From assembly GCA_973895155.1 (NCBI GenBank), contig OZ316897.1, forward strand, positions 6,275,327-6,339,326: a DNA stretch of 64,000 bases. The letters are read 5' to 3'. The position numbers and the translations under genes are program-made. Shown piece by piece: positions 26,592 to 38,641 of the stretch (its first letter is position 1; every line of letters starts with the position of its first letter). The stretch comes from Marsupella aquatica (Eukaryota; Plantae; Marchantiophyta). Below the pieces are notes generated by a model. It was not told where the DNA came from. It searched no databases and saw only the letters and a program-made list of their open reading frames with translations.

Positions 26592-27871
26592 ATGTTTAGA
26601 AGGATTAATTTGAGCAGCTTTTTCCTTTATCTATGTTCCAATTGATAATATTGACACCCTTCTAATTGTAACAAATTTGCCACTTTTTGGTATATGGTTA
26701 CTTTGGTTACATTAGTGAACCTGTTGTCTATATGTGAAGATCATGACATACTTGTAGATACAATAAAAATAGTGGCCTTATTGTAATATCACATCTGTAG
26801 TGACAAAGTAATTCAGAGTTGTTAAATTGGGTGGAATGGATAGGATTGATGCTCGAATGGAACACAATGTGTAACCATGCAACAAATAGTCCCTTTTATG
26901 CACTCGACTATAACATGCTATTGCACTTATTAGAAAGTGAAATTCAATGGGATTTTTGCACTTATCAATAAGTGTTCATATACACTCAAGGGTTTGCACC
27001 TGTAAAGTTGTTGTTTAGCAAAAAAATCCAGACCTCTTTGCAATTACAAAAGGTGCATAAAAATGGAAAAGTGGATGCCCAGGAACTAAGATTTGCACTC
27101 ATTTAGCGTGCACTTAGGGAGAGACGACTGTATGCTGGGTTACTTGAGAATTTTTCACCCGTGCATGCCTTTTGATAGATGGGGATGTTTCCTGTGATCC
27201 ACTACTTCTTTCCCTGACATGTTGTCGCTTTGTTTGCAACTCGGGTCTGACGTACATGTCTTCAGTGGGATTTGCTGTTATAATTATACCTGTCCAAGGG
27301 GCTAAAAACTTTTACATGGCAGGGAAGACAGTGGATACCCAAACCACGTGACGAGGTGAGCGATGGATCGAAGTAGGCTGGCGACGAATGTGGTGATAAA
27401 TGTCACAAGAAAAGCTGGGAGGGAAACCTAGATTCCCGGACTGCGAAATTGAACGATATACTACCCTACACGTTCCTGACAGAAGTCAAAACAATAAGAG
27501 AAATATAATAAGTTTTTACATAAAAGTGTCAAACAGAGTAAAATAAATAAACAAAAGAGGTCTCAAGTGAACAAAATCAAAAGCAAAATAAATGGGCCAA
27601 AGGAAACCCCTAACAACCAAGAAAGAGTAACTAAAAAAAGTGAGTAAAATGAAAACTCTAAAAACCAAGAAAGAAGAACTAAAAGTAATGCTAATGGACG
27701 GAGGTACTCATCATTCCTAGCAATGTGACAAAATGAAAATCAAAAGAATTTGTAAATTGAAATTGGAACAAACAAAGCTTATTTATTCATAACTTTACAA
27801 ACAGTAATTATTTTTGGCTAATGAGACAGAAAAATACTAGTGAATTTTTGCCAAAACTCCCAAAATCTTTT

Positions 27872-28093
27872 TGGGGACTTGAAATTTGACAAATTTTTGC
27901 CACAAAAAATCTGTTGCATGGACTTCAGCTTTGAATCAACATCTGCTCTAACAATTACTGGAAGAGGGGACTTGAAATTTGGCAAATTTTTGCCACAAAA
28001 AAATATCTGCTGCATGGACTTCAGCTTTGAAGCAACATCTGCTGCATGGACTTCAGCTTTGAAGCAACATATGCTCTAACAATTACTGGAAGA
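27872..28093. repeat. ~95-bp tandem duplication with an internal sub-repeat
   Basis: GGGGACTTGAAATTTG.CAAATTTTTGCCACAAAAAA...GCATGGACTTCAGCTTTGAA...CTCTAACAATTACTGGAAGA repeated. Confidence 0.8.
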
Positions 28094-28699
28094 CACATTG
28101 TCAGCCTCCAAAGCTCTATAAAAATTGGCTTTCCTTCAACGAACATGTAATTCGAGGGTTCTGGATCCGGCTGGGACGAGGCTGGTAAAGAACAGAGTTT
28201 GTCCGACGGTAGGCTTCGGGCGAAACTCTCAAGCTACCGAAACTCTCAAGCTAGGCTCTCTCCAATCACCTGAAAGACGACGACTCGTCCACTCCGGCAT
28301 TTAGTTCGTCTTTCGCGCAAGAGGAGGTGCATTAATTGGAGAGGAGTGCCAGAATCGAGAACAGTACCACTGTCGACTCTGGCACTACTGTTCCGCGCAC
28401 ATGCATCCATCATTATGAGCGCGACCCTCAAAGCAGATCGAAGCGGGTGACAAGTATTCTGTAGATGGGCCCTTATGCCGGACTGCCCTTCTTTGAACAA
28501 ATCTGTACAATCAAACCTCAATGTTACACAATGATCATTCTCTCGATTTACACCAGTCAAAGTTCAAACATTGCTGACGAAATATCACTTGTGGCAGGAA
28601 TCATCCGCATTAAAGAAATCCTGGACAAATTTAATGAGGTAGAAGAGAAAACGAGAGAGATTAAAAAATGAAGCGAAAAATTCAAGAACAAGTCGCACC

Positions 28700-29773
28700 C
28701 AAAAAGAAAAGAGAGTGGATTGTTGGCACCAACTAACACCGTCCACTTATGTTAAATTCAGGCGCCACTCAGTGGAACCCTCCACAAAGCGATTCACAAA
28801 TGGGCCATCAGATTGAATTGGCAGCCCCACCCACGGACGCTCTGGCTTGATACATGGCTACCTTTCCGAGCTGCTAGCGAGAACTGCTACTTGTGGCAAC
28901 TGATTTACAGGATACCTTCAACACAGCACTGGAGGTTCCCGAGACTACCATCAACCGATCCGGCCACCTGGTGCACCCGGTGTGGCACTAACTAATAGGA
29001 AGATATCGTTCACTACATTTGGAGCTGCAATCAGTTGCAGATAGTCTGGAGGTGGGAAACATTTTGTGCTACAGCTGTGTGCCTATTCTAGGGGAAATCT
29101 TATTCACCTACAGCCAGTCCACATTTTCGTCAAGGAGCCCCTACAGGAGCATTGGGACGTCCCCATGAAGCTGTGGCATACGTTAAGGGCTATTATCTAA
29201 TGGAACTTGTGGAAGGACAGAAGTACCCACTTCATTGAACACACCCGACCCCACCCACAAGGAGTTATCAGAAATCTTGGCATCGACTCGGAATCTACCT
29301 ACGTTGTGATTGGGGCCGGATTAAAGTTCGTATCCAGGCTGGAAAGATCACTTCAAGGGAGGCGCACAACGAGATGGCGTTTCACTATGGCACCTGGGCT
29401 GGCCTTTGGGAACTCCATGAGGAGTCCCTTCAAGTCCCACTAGTACCTCCACGACCACCATGAGTCACTTTGGTTGTTCAGGTTAGGAAGTTGCACTGCA
29501 GACTGACTATTTGGAGCTTTGCTCCCGCACGGATCCACTGGCAGGAACCTTGCCGGAACCTGGTCACTGGCCGGTCTTTAGGAGTGTGCTGCTCCGACTG
29601 TTTACTTGTTTAGTTGCCCCTTATGGGCTCAGCTTTCTCCCTGGTCCCGGCCCCACCGGTTTCTGCACGCTGACCTTCGGTCCCTTGGGTTGGTGCCTTT
29701 GTGGGCCCCCCTTTTTGTAGTTGGCTATTTAATGGAATTCATTTGGTTCTTTCGAGGCAAAAATAAATAAAAA
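28700..29773 (+). mobile_element. 5'-truncated L1-type LINE 3' end (zf-RVT region plus A-rich tail)
   Basis: LWQLIYRIPST...CTRCG...EDIVHYIWSC...VWRW and WNLWKDRS motifs; A-rich terminus at ~29758-29773. Confidence 0.75.
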
Positions 29774-30300
29774 TTGAGAGATATATTACACTTAGTGGAT
29801 CTCCTGCCCATCAAAAGACTTGATGTGCGCCAGCAGGGAATCAAACCCCGACTTGGCCCATTCTTTGGTTTTTTTCACTCAATTCTTGAAGGGCCCAGTA
29901 AGAGACTCTTTGCAAATTTATAAATAATTTATCACCGGACAATTCATGTTTGTTAGATTTTATTTATCGATGGTGTAGATATTGCAACATGGGTTATCAC
30001 TCGTGTGATGGTTGAGAACACACATGTGACTAGCGTGAAGAATATCATCCATTTATATGCACAAATGATACACATTTTTAGGACCAAATTCTAATAAAAA
30101 CTTAGATAATACATGCGTCAATAAATATGACAATAATTTACTTAGAACCATTGATAGTGTTTGATCAATGGTCATCAATGTCGAACCTGATTTAGTCTGT
30201 AATCAATGGACAGGTCAGCACTGTGTAACAAGGCTAAGTGCATAATAAATTCATGTACAAAAATTGTAATCCATGTTTGACAGGTAAGGCGTACGAGAAT

Positions 30301-31277
30301 TGTAACGCATGTGGAATTTATGCCACTTGCCCCGCGCAAAGTGATTATTATTGCTTGTGAAAGTAAAATTATCTTGTTTCCAAATATGTGTCAATGAACT
30401 CGGCTATGTTACGCCACCATATTTGGATAGATCCTTTGTCTACTGATGAGTTTGTCATTGTACCTTTATCTTTGCATTTATGAGACATGCATAACCCCTT
30501 CAAGTAGCCTTATTGTGAAGGTGACTGACAATATTAAATATGGGCCAAGCGTAATATTTAACCAGTGCTTTTTTTTGGGTCTTTAAACAGCCCACCACAA
30601 ACAATTATGATGCGCTGACATATTATATGGATAGATTAGTTCATAATTTGGCTTGGAACCTGGCGTTCAGCGTTGCGATATTGGCCTTCAGCTTATGAAT
30701 GGTGGCCTTTGTCTGGGCATTGTACTCATCACTCCTTTGTTGATGTTCTCGTCGGAGGTCATCGAGTTGCACTCGCACTACCTTCTCAGCCTTCCCTTCT
30801 TCTACCATGGCCTTGTTGTAGATGGCCAATTGAGCCTGACTGAAATCTGTGAGCTTTTGAAGTCCTTATCTTTTTCTGGGCATCGCCAACTGTAGCTATG
30901 TCTTGGCAAGCTTATTCTTGATATGCTGGTTATCCTCCTTGGAGGTCTCTAGCTGATGGACAATGATGCTCAGCTCGTGCCTCTTAATGAGCAGCTCGTC
31001 TTGAGCCTGCTTGGCTGCTTCAGTTTCCCCGCCTCCGTCCTCCTGAGCCAACCAAGGAGCTCTTCCTTCTTCATTCGCTTCAAGGCCAGCACTTCCCCCA
31101 ATCGGCTCCTATTTGAGACTTCCTTTTGGATACAGGCCCCAACTCTAACTCCGCTCCAAAGTTGCCTAGAGCTAGCAACCCGCACATCTCTCTGTACTTC
31201 ATAGCGCAATTGCGCGCATAGGTAGATTGTCCGAGAGAACCGGCATCTGCCATTGTGGTCTCCCCTCCCATGTTTCA
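30301..31277 (-). mobile_element. 3' part of a gene-bearing LTR (coiled-coil ORF remnant), truncated by the adjacent LTR
   Basis: Minus-strand terminus ...GCGTTACA at 30301 and a fragmented coiled-coil frame (30641-31270), laid out like the 3' part of 53038-57044. Confidence 0.45.
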
Positions 31278-31990
31278 TGTGACATTGACGGCGCATCACG
31301 TAAACGGTATTAATAAGGCCTTGTCCATATAATGTATGCCTGAAGTAGCCATAGTAGTATGTAATTATTAGCATAAAGACAACAGGTTAGTTACTAATGA
31401 TGATTAGGCTACTTAGTCATAAGTTAGTTAGGAGTTAACGCCAAGGCTGGCAGTGCAACACCCGAAGTACAACATGATTAGGGGTACATCATGGTTGTTA
31501 GCGTTGGGTCCGTGTAACTTACTCCAAATTGGATCTCAGTCCCGCTTGGACTCAAACCCAAGGAAGTGGGGCACTACTTATGCCCGAGTGCAGTCAATGC
31601 TTGGACCAAAGGGTGTATAAGGGGCAAACTCTGCCCTATACTCCCTCACTTCTTTGGTCAGTTGTGCAAGCTTTGAGCTCACTACTCCCCTTCCAGCTTG
31701 CACTTACCAGTATCCACACTATCTCCATCAGGTTATTGCAAGATTAGGCTCCACACTTAGTGCCTCAGCCGCTTCGGACAAAGTGCTCCCCATGTCGGTG
31801 ACAATAATGTCTAGCACTACCGTCTACTTCTGGAATGCCTTCCTCTCTGTAGGATACCAGATTGCAACGTCTTTTGCCAAACACAACCCGTGACGGTGGG
31901 AAGCCGAGAAGGAATATGCACGGCTGATCCATGTTATTGCGTGCAAACAGCATTGGAGTTCATACAGCATTGGTTTGATTCACCCTTGGG
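31278..31990 (+). mobile_element. 5' part of a gene-bearing LTR, decayed relative of 53038-57044
   Basis: Starts TGTGACA; shares the motifs CACCCG, GGGTCCGT.TAAC and GACTCA.ACC; TATAA at 31616. ORF from 31792, MSVTIMSSTTVYFWNAFLSVGYQIATSFAKHNP*RWEAEKEYARLIH, aligns with MSHTILSSSAIRFWTQFLSTGRHLADSLKHANPRRYEIEREYERAIH. Confidence 0.8.
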
Positions 31991-33879
31991 TCAGTGCTGG
32001 AGGCGGCCTTGTACTATTACTGACACTAGGAACATAAATAAGCATTTAAGGTCCAAAACTTGGTATTTGTTCCCATGGACGAACAAGTAGAGAATGATTT
32101 TCTATCATTTAGTACTTATGAACAAATAAGGTATCAAAAACACATTAATCACTACAACACTACATGTACACATTTTGCAAAGTTGAAAGCGTCGCAAACA
32201 ACAAAGGAACCAAAAATAAAATGCTACCATTGCAAAGTTACACGCATGAATCGCAACCCTATCGCAAAATTCAAAGACAAACAGTTTGCATCTGGTCTTT
32301 TGCAAGACCTTTGCAACTACTTTGCAAATTGCAACACGAATCAAATCGCAAATTTCTCGCGTTTGTGCAGCTTTGCGGGCATCATGGCAGAAGTGAGACC
32401 CTAATAAATAAAGCAAGTTTCATATTTGAAATTCTACACATTTGGCAAAGTAGGTTGCAATACTAAATGAATGGTAATAATCCTGAGAAATGGTTTGCAT
32501 TGTTGTGAAACCATTTGTTTGGCATAGTAATTTGTGATACTAAGAGAATTATAAATATGTATTTTTTTTCTTTTGCATAGGTTTTGCACGGTGACTTGAG
32601 GCTAGGGTCTAGACTTAGAGTTTTGAATTATGGTTGGGGTCTTGTTGTGCAACACTGAGATGAGGTCTGAATAAATAGTTCTTTATAGAAAATCCCTAGG
32701 TACACAAAAACTAGATGGGTGTCATATGAAAATATTGGGACAAGCTAGGTCCCTATAAGAATACCCATATCAAAAATATGTAAGTCTACACTAGACCAAC
32801 AAGCTCTAGAATAGGGTCCTCTACTCCTTGTCGCCGGTCTCTTCCCCTTGTCCCTCTTGGGACGGTCTGGATGGGACACAAGAGGTGGTGTTGGATGCTC
32901 CTCCACATCTGGCTCCTCCTCATCCTCATTCTCATCCTTGTCCTCCCCCTCCTGCAGCCCCACGGACTGTGACTCCTTTATTCAATGGAACCTCAGATAT
33001 CACAATAAGTCTTGAGCCTTCATTATATATTGATAGTGAACTTCACTATCAATCTGTTTGTGGAAAAGTGACATGCCTCACATGCTTAATGTACTAATGA
33101 TTTGTATTCTTGGCATGAAAACAGGTTTCCAATGTTGTTTTGGACATCTTTTGCAAGACTGGTGGAAAGGGGTTACACCAAAATATGATAAGTTTCTCCC
33201 TCTTTCAAGTTTAGAGGATCTGTTGTCGTTGACTCTTATCAGTCTCATGATTCCTAGGTGTGTGAGGGATCCAGATATGGGATTTGCGGGTTCCCCCCGG
33301 GTCTCCATTGGGTTCATGTAGATTGGTGATTGAGCTGCTCACTTGCCCTTCAAGTGTTGTTTTTGATTGGATTGTTGAGGAAAATTGCAGTTTTTTTGTG
33401 AGAGAATATTCTGGGAGGTTTGCACCGGTTTTGACGATCGGGACAAATTTGGCGATTCCGTTGAACAGTCGCTGAAAAAAGTCCTGGACAGGAAGCCTAT
33501 TGTGGAGAGTGTCCCAGATTTTCTTCTTAGGAAGAGGGAAGTTATGGTGGATTTGGGTGATGAGGAAGATGATCCGTATGCAATTCTTGGGGATGACGAG
33601 ATGAAGACTCCTTCTCCATTGAATCAATATTTGTTGTAATGATCGGAAGTCTTACCCCCTTGTGTCCATTTTCATGTTTTTCTGACCTGGAAATGTACCA
33701 AGGTAGTTCCCATAGTGGAGGTGATGATTTAGGTCGTTAGCAATCTTGGTGGCCTTGCTAGCAAAACCGGTTTTCCTGTTTGCTTTTTTTTGTTTGCTCC
33801 CATTGTTAAAACCCCCAGCTCGGCTTATGCAACACCCAAACAATGTTCCAACCTGTAGATCATTATGAACATTTTTCAT

Positions 33880-34380
33880 GACTTCCTACAAGAATTTCAA
33901 AGTATTCAAGGACAACTTTGCTATCTTTGGAACAATTGCTCAACATCCTGAGCACCTAAGACATACCTTTGACAGCTGCAAAGAGGTGGGTTTGAAACTG
34001 CGCCCAAGAAAGTGTTTTTTTTTAAGTCACAAAAGGAGTCTTACTAGGCCATTGAGAGAGGAATCAAGGTAGATCAAGAAAAGGTGGCGGTCTGGATGAA
34101 TGTCCCGTGCTCAACTGACCAAAAAGTTGTGCAGTCCTTTCTAGGTTGTGTAGGCTACTACCGGAGGTTCATTCAAGACTTTGCCAAGTTAGCATTACCC
34201 CTTACCAAATGATGAAAAAGGATGCAATTCTAGAAATGACTTCTTGACGGGTCATTGCCTTTGAAGATTTGACAAAATGGCTCCCATCTGCCCCAATACT
34301 AACCACTCCCGATTGGAACAAGGAGTTTCATGTTTACATAAATATCTTCAGATTTTGTATTGGATCAATGTTAAGTCGGA
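33880..34380 (+). mobile_element. Ty3/Gypsy RT to RNase H remnant
   Basis: H..HLRHTFDSCKEVGLKLRPRKCFF...GIKVDQEKV...VQSFLGCVGYYRRFIQDFAKLALPLT...SAPILTTPDWNKEFHVY. Confidence 0.88.
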
Positions 34381-34813
34381 TGAACTGTGCCACCTAGAGT
34401 GCCAATTCTGACCTACAAACAGATGAGAGCTTATGGAAATGAGTTAACATGTACATGACCGCAAGTGGGTTAATTTGATAATTGATAGTATAATTCATTT
34501 GCCTTCAATTGTTTCAAATAATGATCAGTTTAGAAGTTCCTATTTTTCTGAATCAAATTGATGACATTGTAAATTATACAATTATAATTGAATTGATCAT
34601 CATCTTTCAGCTGTATTGTGATTCTCTTTAATTCTCATGAATGAGATTTATGAAGGATATGCTTATGTCATGCTTTGTTTCATATGGATGTCATTCATGA
34701 TGTGTTTATTTCTTTTATTCCTGTGTGTTATACTTCTAAAATGACGATGAATGAGAGTGTTTAGATGTATTGTAATGCGGAGTGCTCATGAATTGACTAC
34801 CTCTTGTATGAAC

Positions 34814-35302
34814 TACTAGAACAAAGAACTGTTACACAATTGCTACCTTCCATTATTGGATTAGTCATGGTTACAACTTCTACAAATTCCATCTCAATCT
34901 TATTAGTTATAAATATGACTATGTCTCACCCAAATGGTTGTGTTGTGTAGCTCATACCAGAGTCTCCCCATGGTCTATTTTGTGACACTCAAATGTCACA
35001 AGTTAGTCGCTCTTAACAAGGTTGGCAATGCTTCTGAGGGTGACTAAGTCATGGAATTGACTTACCATATGACTACTTAAAGTCATATTATAGTCATGTA
35101 TCAACAAGGCTAGACTCCATGATGGAGTCACAAATCAGTCACAAATGGGTATCAAGCGAGTCACGATTGTGACTTCTATTTTTTGGTCTCAACTTTTGCA
35201 ACTCCAAGGGTCACAGCCTAGGTCACGTCAAGTTGTCACAATGAAGTCACATGAGCCAAAAGGAGTCACATATTGCAGTCTCAGAATATCTCTTCTTCTA
35301 GT
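34814..35302. mobile_element. Possible non-autonomous CACTA element
   Basis: Right end TTCTTCTAGTG (CACTAGAAG on minus), degenerate left end TACTAGAAC, dense GTGACT/AGTCAC subterminal repeats. TSD not conserved. Confidence 0.35.
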
Positions 35303-35599
35303 GTGACAACCCCTGAAGTGCCATGTTAATGCTGAATGGAACAACGTTAAATAACATCTTTTGGTGTTGTGTTTAAGCTAGTACACTATCTCGGATGGCA
35401 TAATATACGTCAAGGGGCCGTCTCATGTCATACAAATAAGAACCCGTGCAAGAACATCTGACGCAAAACTGTCGGAGGGGGTCTAAACTGTAATAAAACT
35501 GTAATGAAACTGTAATTAGTCTTCTTTTCAGAGTGACAAATATCCAGCATAGATCTCAATGCAAGTGTGTTTTGGTTTGGTGCAAGACAACCCATCCAG

Positions 35600-36300
35600 G
35601 TAATCTCCTAATGAAATGAGAGTAACTGGCCTTGTTGCACTAGTTCCAAATAGTGGAGTGCATCTCTGTCAGCAACAGTAGGTCCAGGTCTCCTCTTGTG
35701 CTTTCGAATCACAAAAGTGATATTTGTGGTGATATTTGTGGTAATTATCTTCATCAAACCCAACAGCTACACCAGTCTTTGAACCTCCTTCCATCTTTTG
35801 GTGACCTGGCTGGAGCTAAAGAACAAGTGTTTTGGTGTGCTCAAACTGGTCTTTGCACCTTCCGGTCCACAAACTCCCCAATGCTTGCAGTACCATTTAT
35901 GGAAAAACCATGTTTCAGCAAGCACCACACAAAGAACCTCATCTTAGGGAATGACCATTCCCCCCTATGTGCTTCCCACCACTGATTCAGTTTTGTAACA
36001 TCAATTGTAGTTGGCTTGCAGTACTTAACTCACACTGTGTTTGGGAAAGTCCAACCATCGTTCCTACCCTTCCACTCCCATTGCCAGTCATTGAGTTCAT
36101 TCAGCTAACTCTCAATGAGGCAGATTGTCTCTCAATTTGTAGTAGAAGGTAGTGGACTGGGTCTGTTCAACACTCCAACCACTCGGGTGCTCCTAATCTG
36201 TCGACAGGTGTCGCCAGCAAGTGTCCAGTCTCCCTGTAGCTGCTTGATGTCCAAACTATGCTTAATCCTCCGATTGGCCAAGAATCCCAGGCTAACATTT
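35600..36300 (-). mobile_element. Degenerate LINE ORF2 C-terminal (zf-RVT-like) fragment
   Basis: Minus-strand PKMRFFVWCLLKHGF and TPKHLFFS...KRWKE motifs. Confidence 0.5.
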
Positions 36301-37459
36301 TACTATTTCAGGAAAAACAGATAAAAGTTACTTTGTTACTTTAAAGTACTTGAATACAGTACAACGATGTAGGCGAGAGTGGAAAGCGAAGGAGAGCAAT
36401 GAGCAGAGGCCACTGACCAGAGTGTCAGTGACTACAAACCACTACTGACCAGAGCTCCCTGTCAACAAAGCCAGCCACCACATCTGCGGTAAAAGATATG
36501 CGACAGTCTTCTTACCAGAGGAACGGATACATGACGAATTCGTGATGGGACTAGGGATGGACGAGATTACAAAAGTTGGCTAACTCAATGCTCTGAATTC
36601 TGATGAACAATTCTGATCTCCGCAGCTTCTTGGATATCGTGCCATAGAAAAGTGTGGGTGTGAAGTCCAGCGTGGATAAGTGCAGGCCAGTCATGTGATG
36701 TAATCCCTCATAATATTACACTGCTTTTGTCTATATAAATAAATACAGTTAAGAAGGCAGTTTTCATAAGTGCATCTTTACTTTCACTGAACGACAAATA
36801 TATAAGTGCATTTGGCGTGTATAAGGAATTAGAGTACGAGGACTACAGAGTGTGGCCTCCGACAGCCGGTTCACTATTACATCCCAAGTCCATGCAATGC
36901 CGAACCCCAAACTCCAAAATTGAGAGGGCATAACATTGAGTCAGGAGATTGGGCTTTGGGTGGTGGTGGTCTCTCCATATTTTCTTTCTCTAGAATTGCT
37001 CCAGTCCATGTATTGGAGTTCTGTCTGTCATACATATATACCCAGATGTGTCACTTCTTACCCTTCTTGGGTAGTGCAGACACTGGATGAGTGCAGGTTT
37101 GAGACGATTGCAAGGAGTTTGCACTTAGCCATTTGGGGAGGTGGGTTGGGGTCTGGGTAACTCCACATCAAAATAAGACATTTATGGTGGTGTATAAGAT
37201 CACTCCCTACCATGATAAACCTTCTTATTTTAAATGAATGGGCACCTTATATTACTTCATTTATTTTTGATGTGTGATTACAGGCGAGGGATTTACAGGG
37301 GTGGGATGATCAAGGAGTGCATCCAACGAGATTGGACTAAAGATTTACAAGAGGAGAGTCTGGCGAGTTGTGTTGAGATGCCGTGGACCCATCCTTTCCG
37401 CTTCCCAGAGTGCTTCATTATTTATTCAGTCATTTAAAGTCTGCTGCCAGTGTGAGCGA

Positions 37460-37790
37460 GTGAGGAAGCATTTTCTACCGAATTGCAGAGTGAGCTCTTC
37501 CGAGCCAGAGAAAGCCTGCTAAGCTACGAGGAAGCATTTTGCAGATTGACAGGGAGCGAGCCAGAGAGAGTGAACCACCTACTGTAGCATATTTCTAGAC
37601 CACCAGCTAAGAAACAAGAGTAAGCGACGAGGAAGCATTTCCGACCGTGTTGCAGCGTGAGCTCTACAGAGCCAGAGAAAGCCTGCTGCTGTACGAGGAC
37701 GTATTTTGCAGATCGATAGACAGCGAGAAAGCTGTGAGGATTCCTCGAGACTACTCTAGCATTATTCTAGACCACCAGCTAAGAGATAAG
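37460..37790. repeat. Diverged ~167-bp tandem duplication upstream of the remorin gene
   Basis: GAGGAAGCATTT...GTGAGCTCT...GAGCCAGAGAAAGCCTGCT...TTCTAGACCACCAGCTAAGA occurs twice. Confidence 0.65.
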
Positions 37791-38641
37791 AACGGTACCA
37801 TTTTCATGTCAGTGAGAGAATTGAGCTAGTTGGTCTAAGATTTGCGAGCCGCCTACGGAGAGAGAGAGAGATTCTCGATGCAATGAGGAGCATTTGAGAG
37901 GTAGGAGAGAGAGAAAGGAGTATTATCGCAAAGTACCGGAGCGCTGAGCAAAGGTCAACTAGTTCGGAAAGGAGTCCGAGAAAGAGACACAGAGAGAGCT
38001 GGATTGCTTTGAAGCAACATCGAGAGACAGTTTGACTCTCGAATCGATTGATCATTACTTGGTTATGCTTTTTGGCTGATTAATCATGAGATCCTAGAAC
38101 GAATGTCACGTACAGGGAAAAAAGAACGCGAGCTGGCGGTGCACTTCTCATATTGAACAGGGGCGTGGATCGGAAGTTCGGAGAGCAAGTTTTAGATTTC
38201 TGCAAGGTCAAAGTGGGGTTCGTGGTACCCATGTGATATAAGGCATCTGCTGTGAACTGGAGCCCCTTACATTTTGGCATGTTGGGAGTACTCCACAAGA
38301 GTCCCATGTGACTGATATGGAAAGCCCTTGATGGAACGGCAGTCTTTCCAGGAAACAGACAGACCACAGCTAGAACAGGAAAGAAACGCTGCGTGCAAGA
38401 GGTCCAGAGAGGTCCAGAGAGAGAGGTCCAGAGGTCCAGAGGTCGAGGTCGAGGTCAAGAGAGAGTTGTACTAAACCTTCGGAAGGGAAGGAACGACGCG
38501 CGCGCAGGGCTGAAGGATTAAGGAAGGTCATGGAGTCCAGGGGCTGGGATCAGATGTTGTAGTCCTGCAGAGGCGAAGGCGGGAGGGAGGAAGCTGATGA
38601 TAAGGAAGAGAGAAGTCGAGTGGAAGTGAACTCTGTCTCCT

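Noticed and set aside
27100-27132. Tc1/pogo-like terminus (...GAGACGACTGTA)
   Set aside because: No matching opposite TIR found.
29826-29856. tRNA-Gly-like 3' half on the minus strand (GGGTTTGATTCCCTGCTGGCGCA)
   Set aside because: Only the T-arm and acceptor 3' strand are present; no complete cloverleaf. At most a tRNA or SINE fragment.
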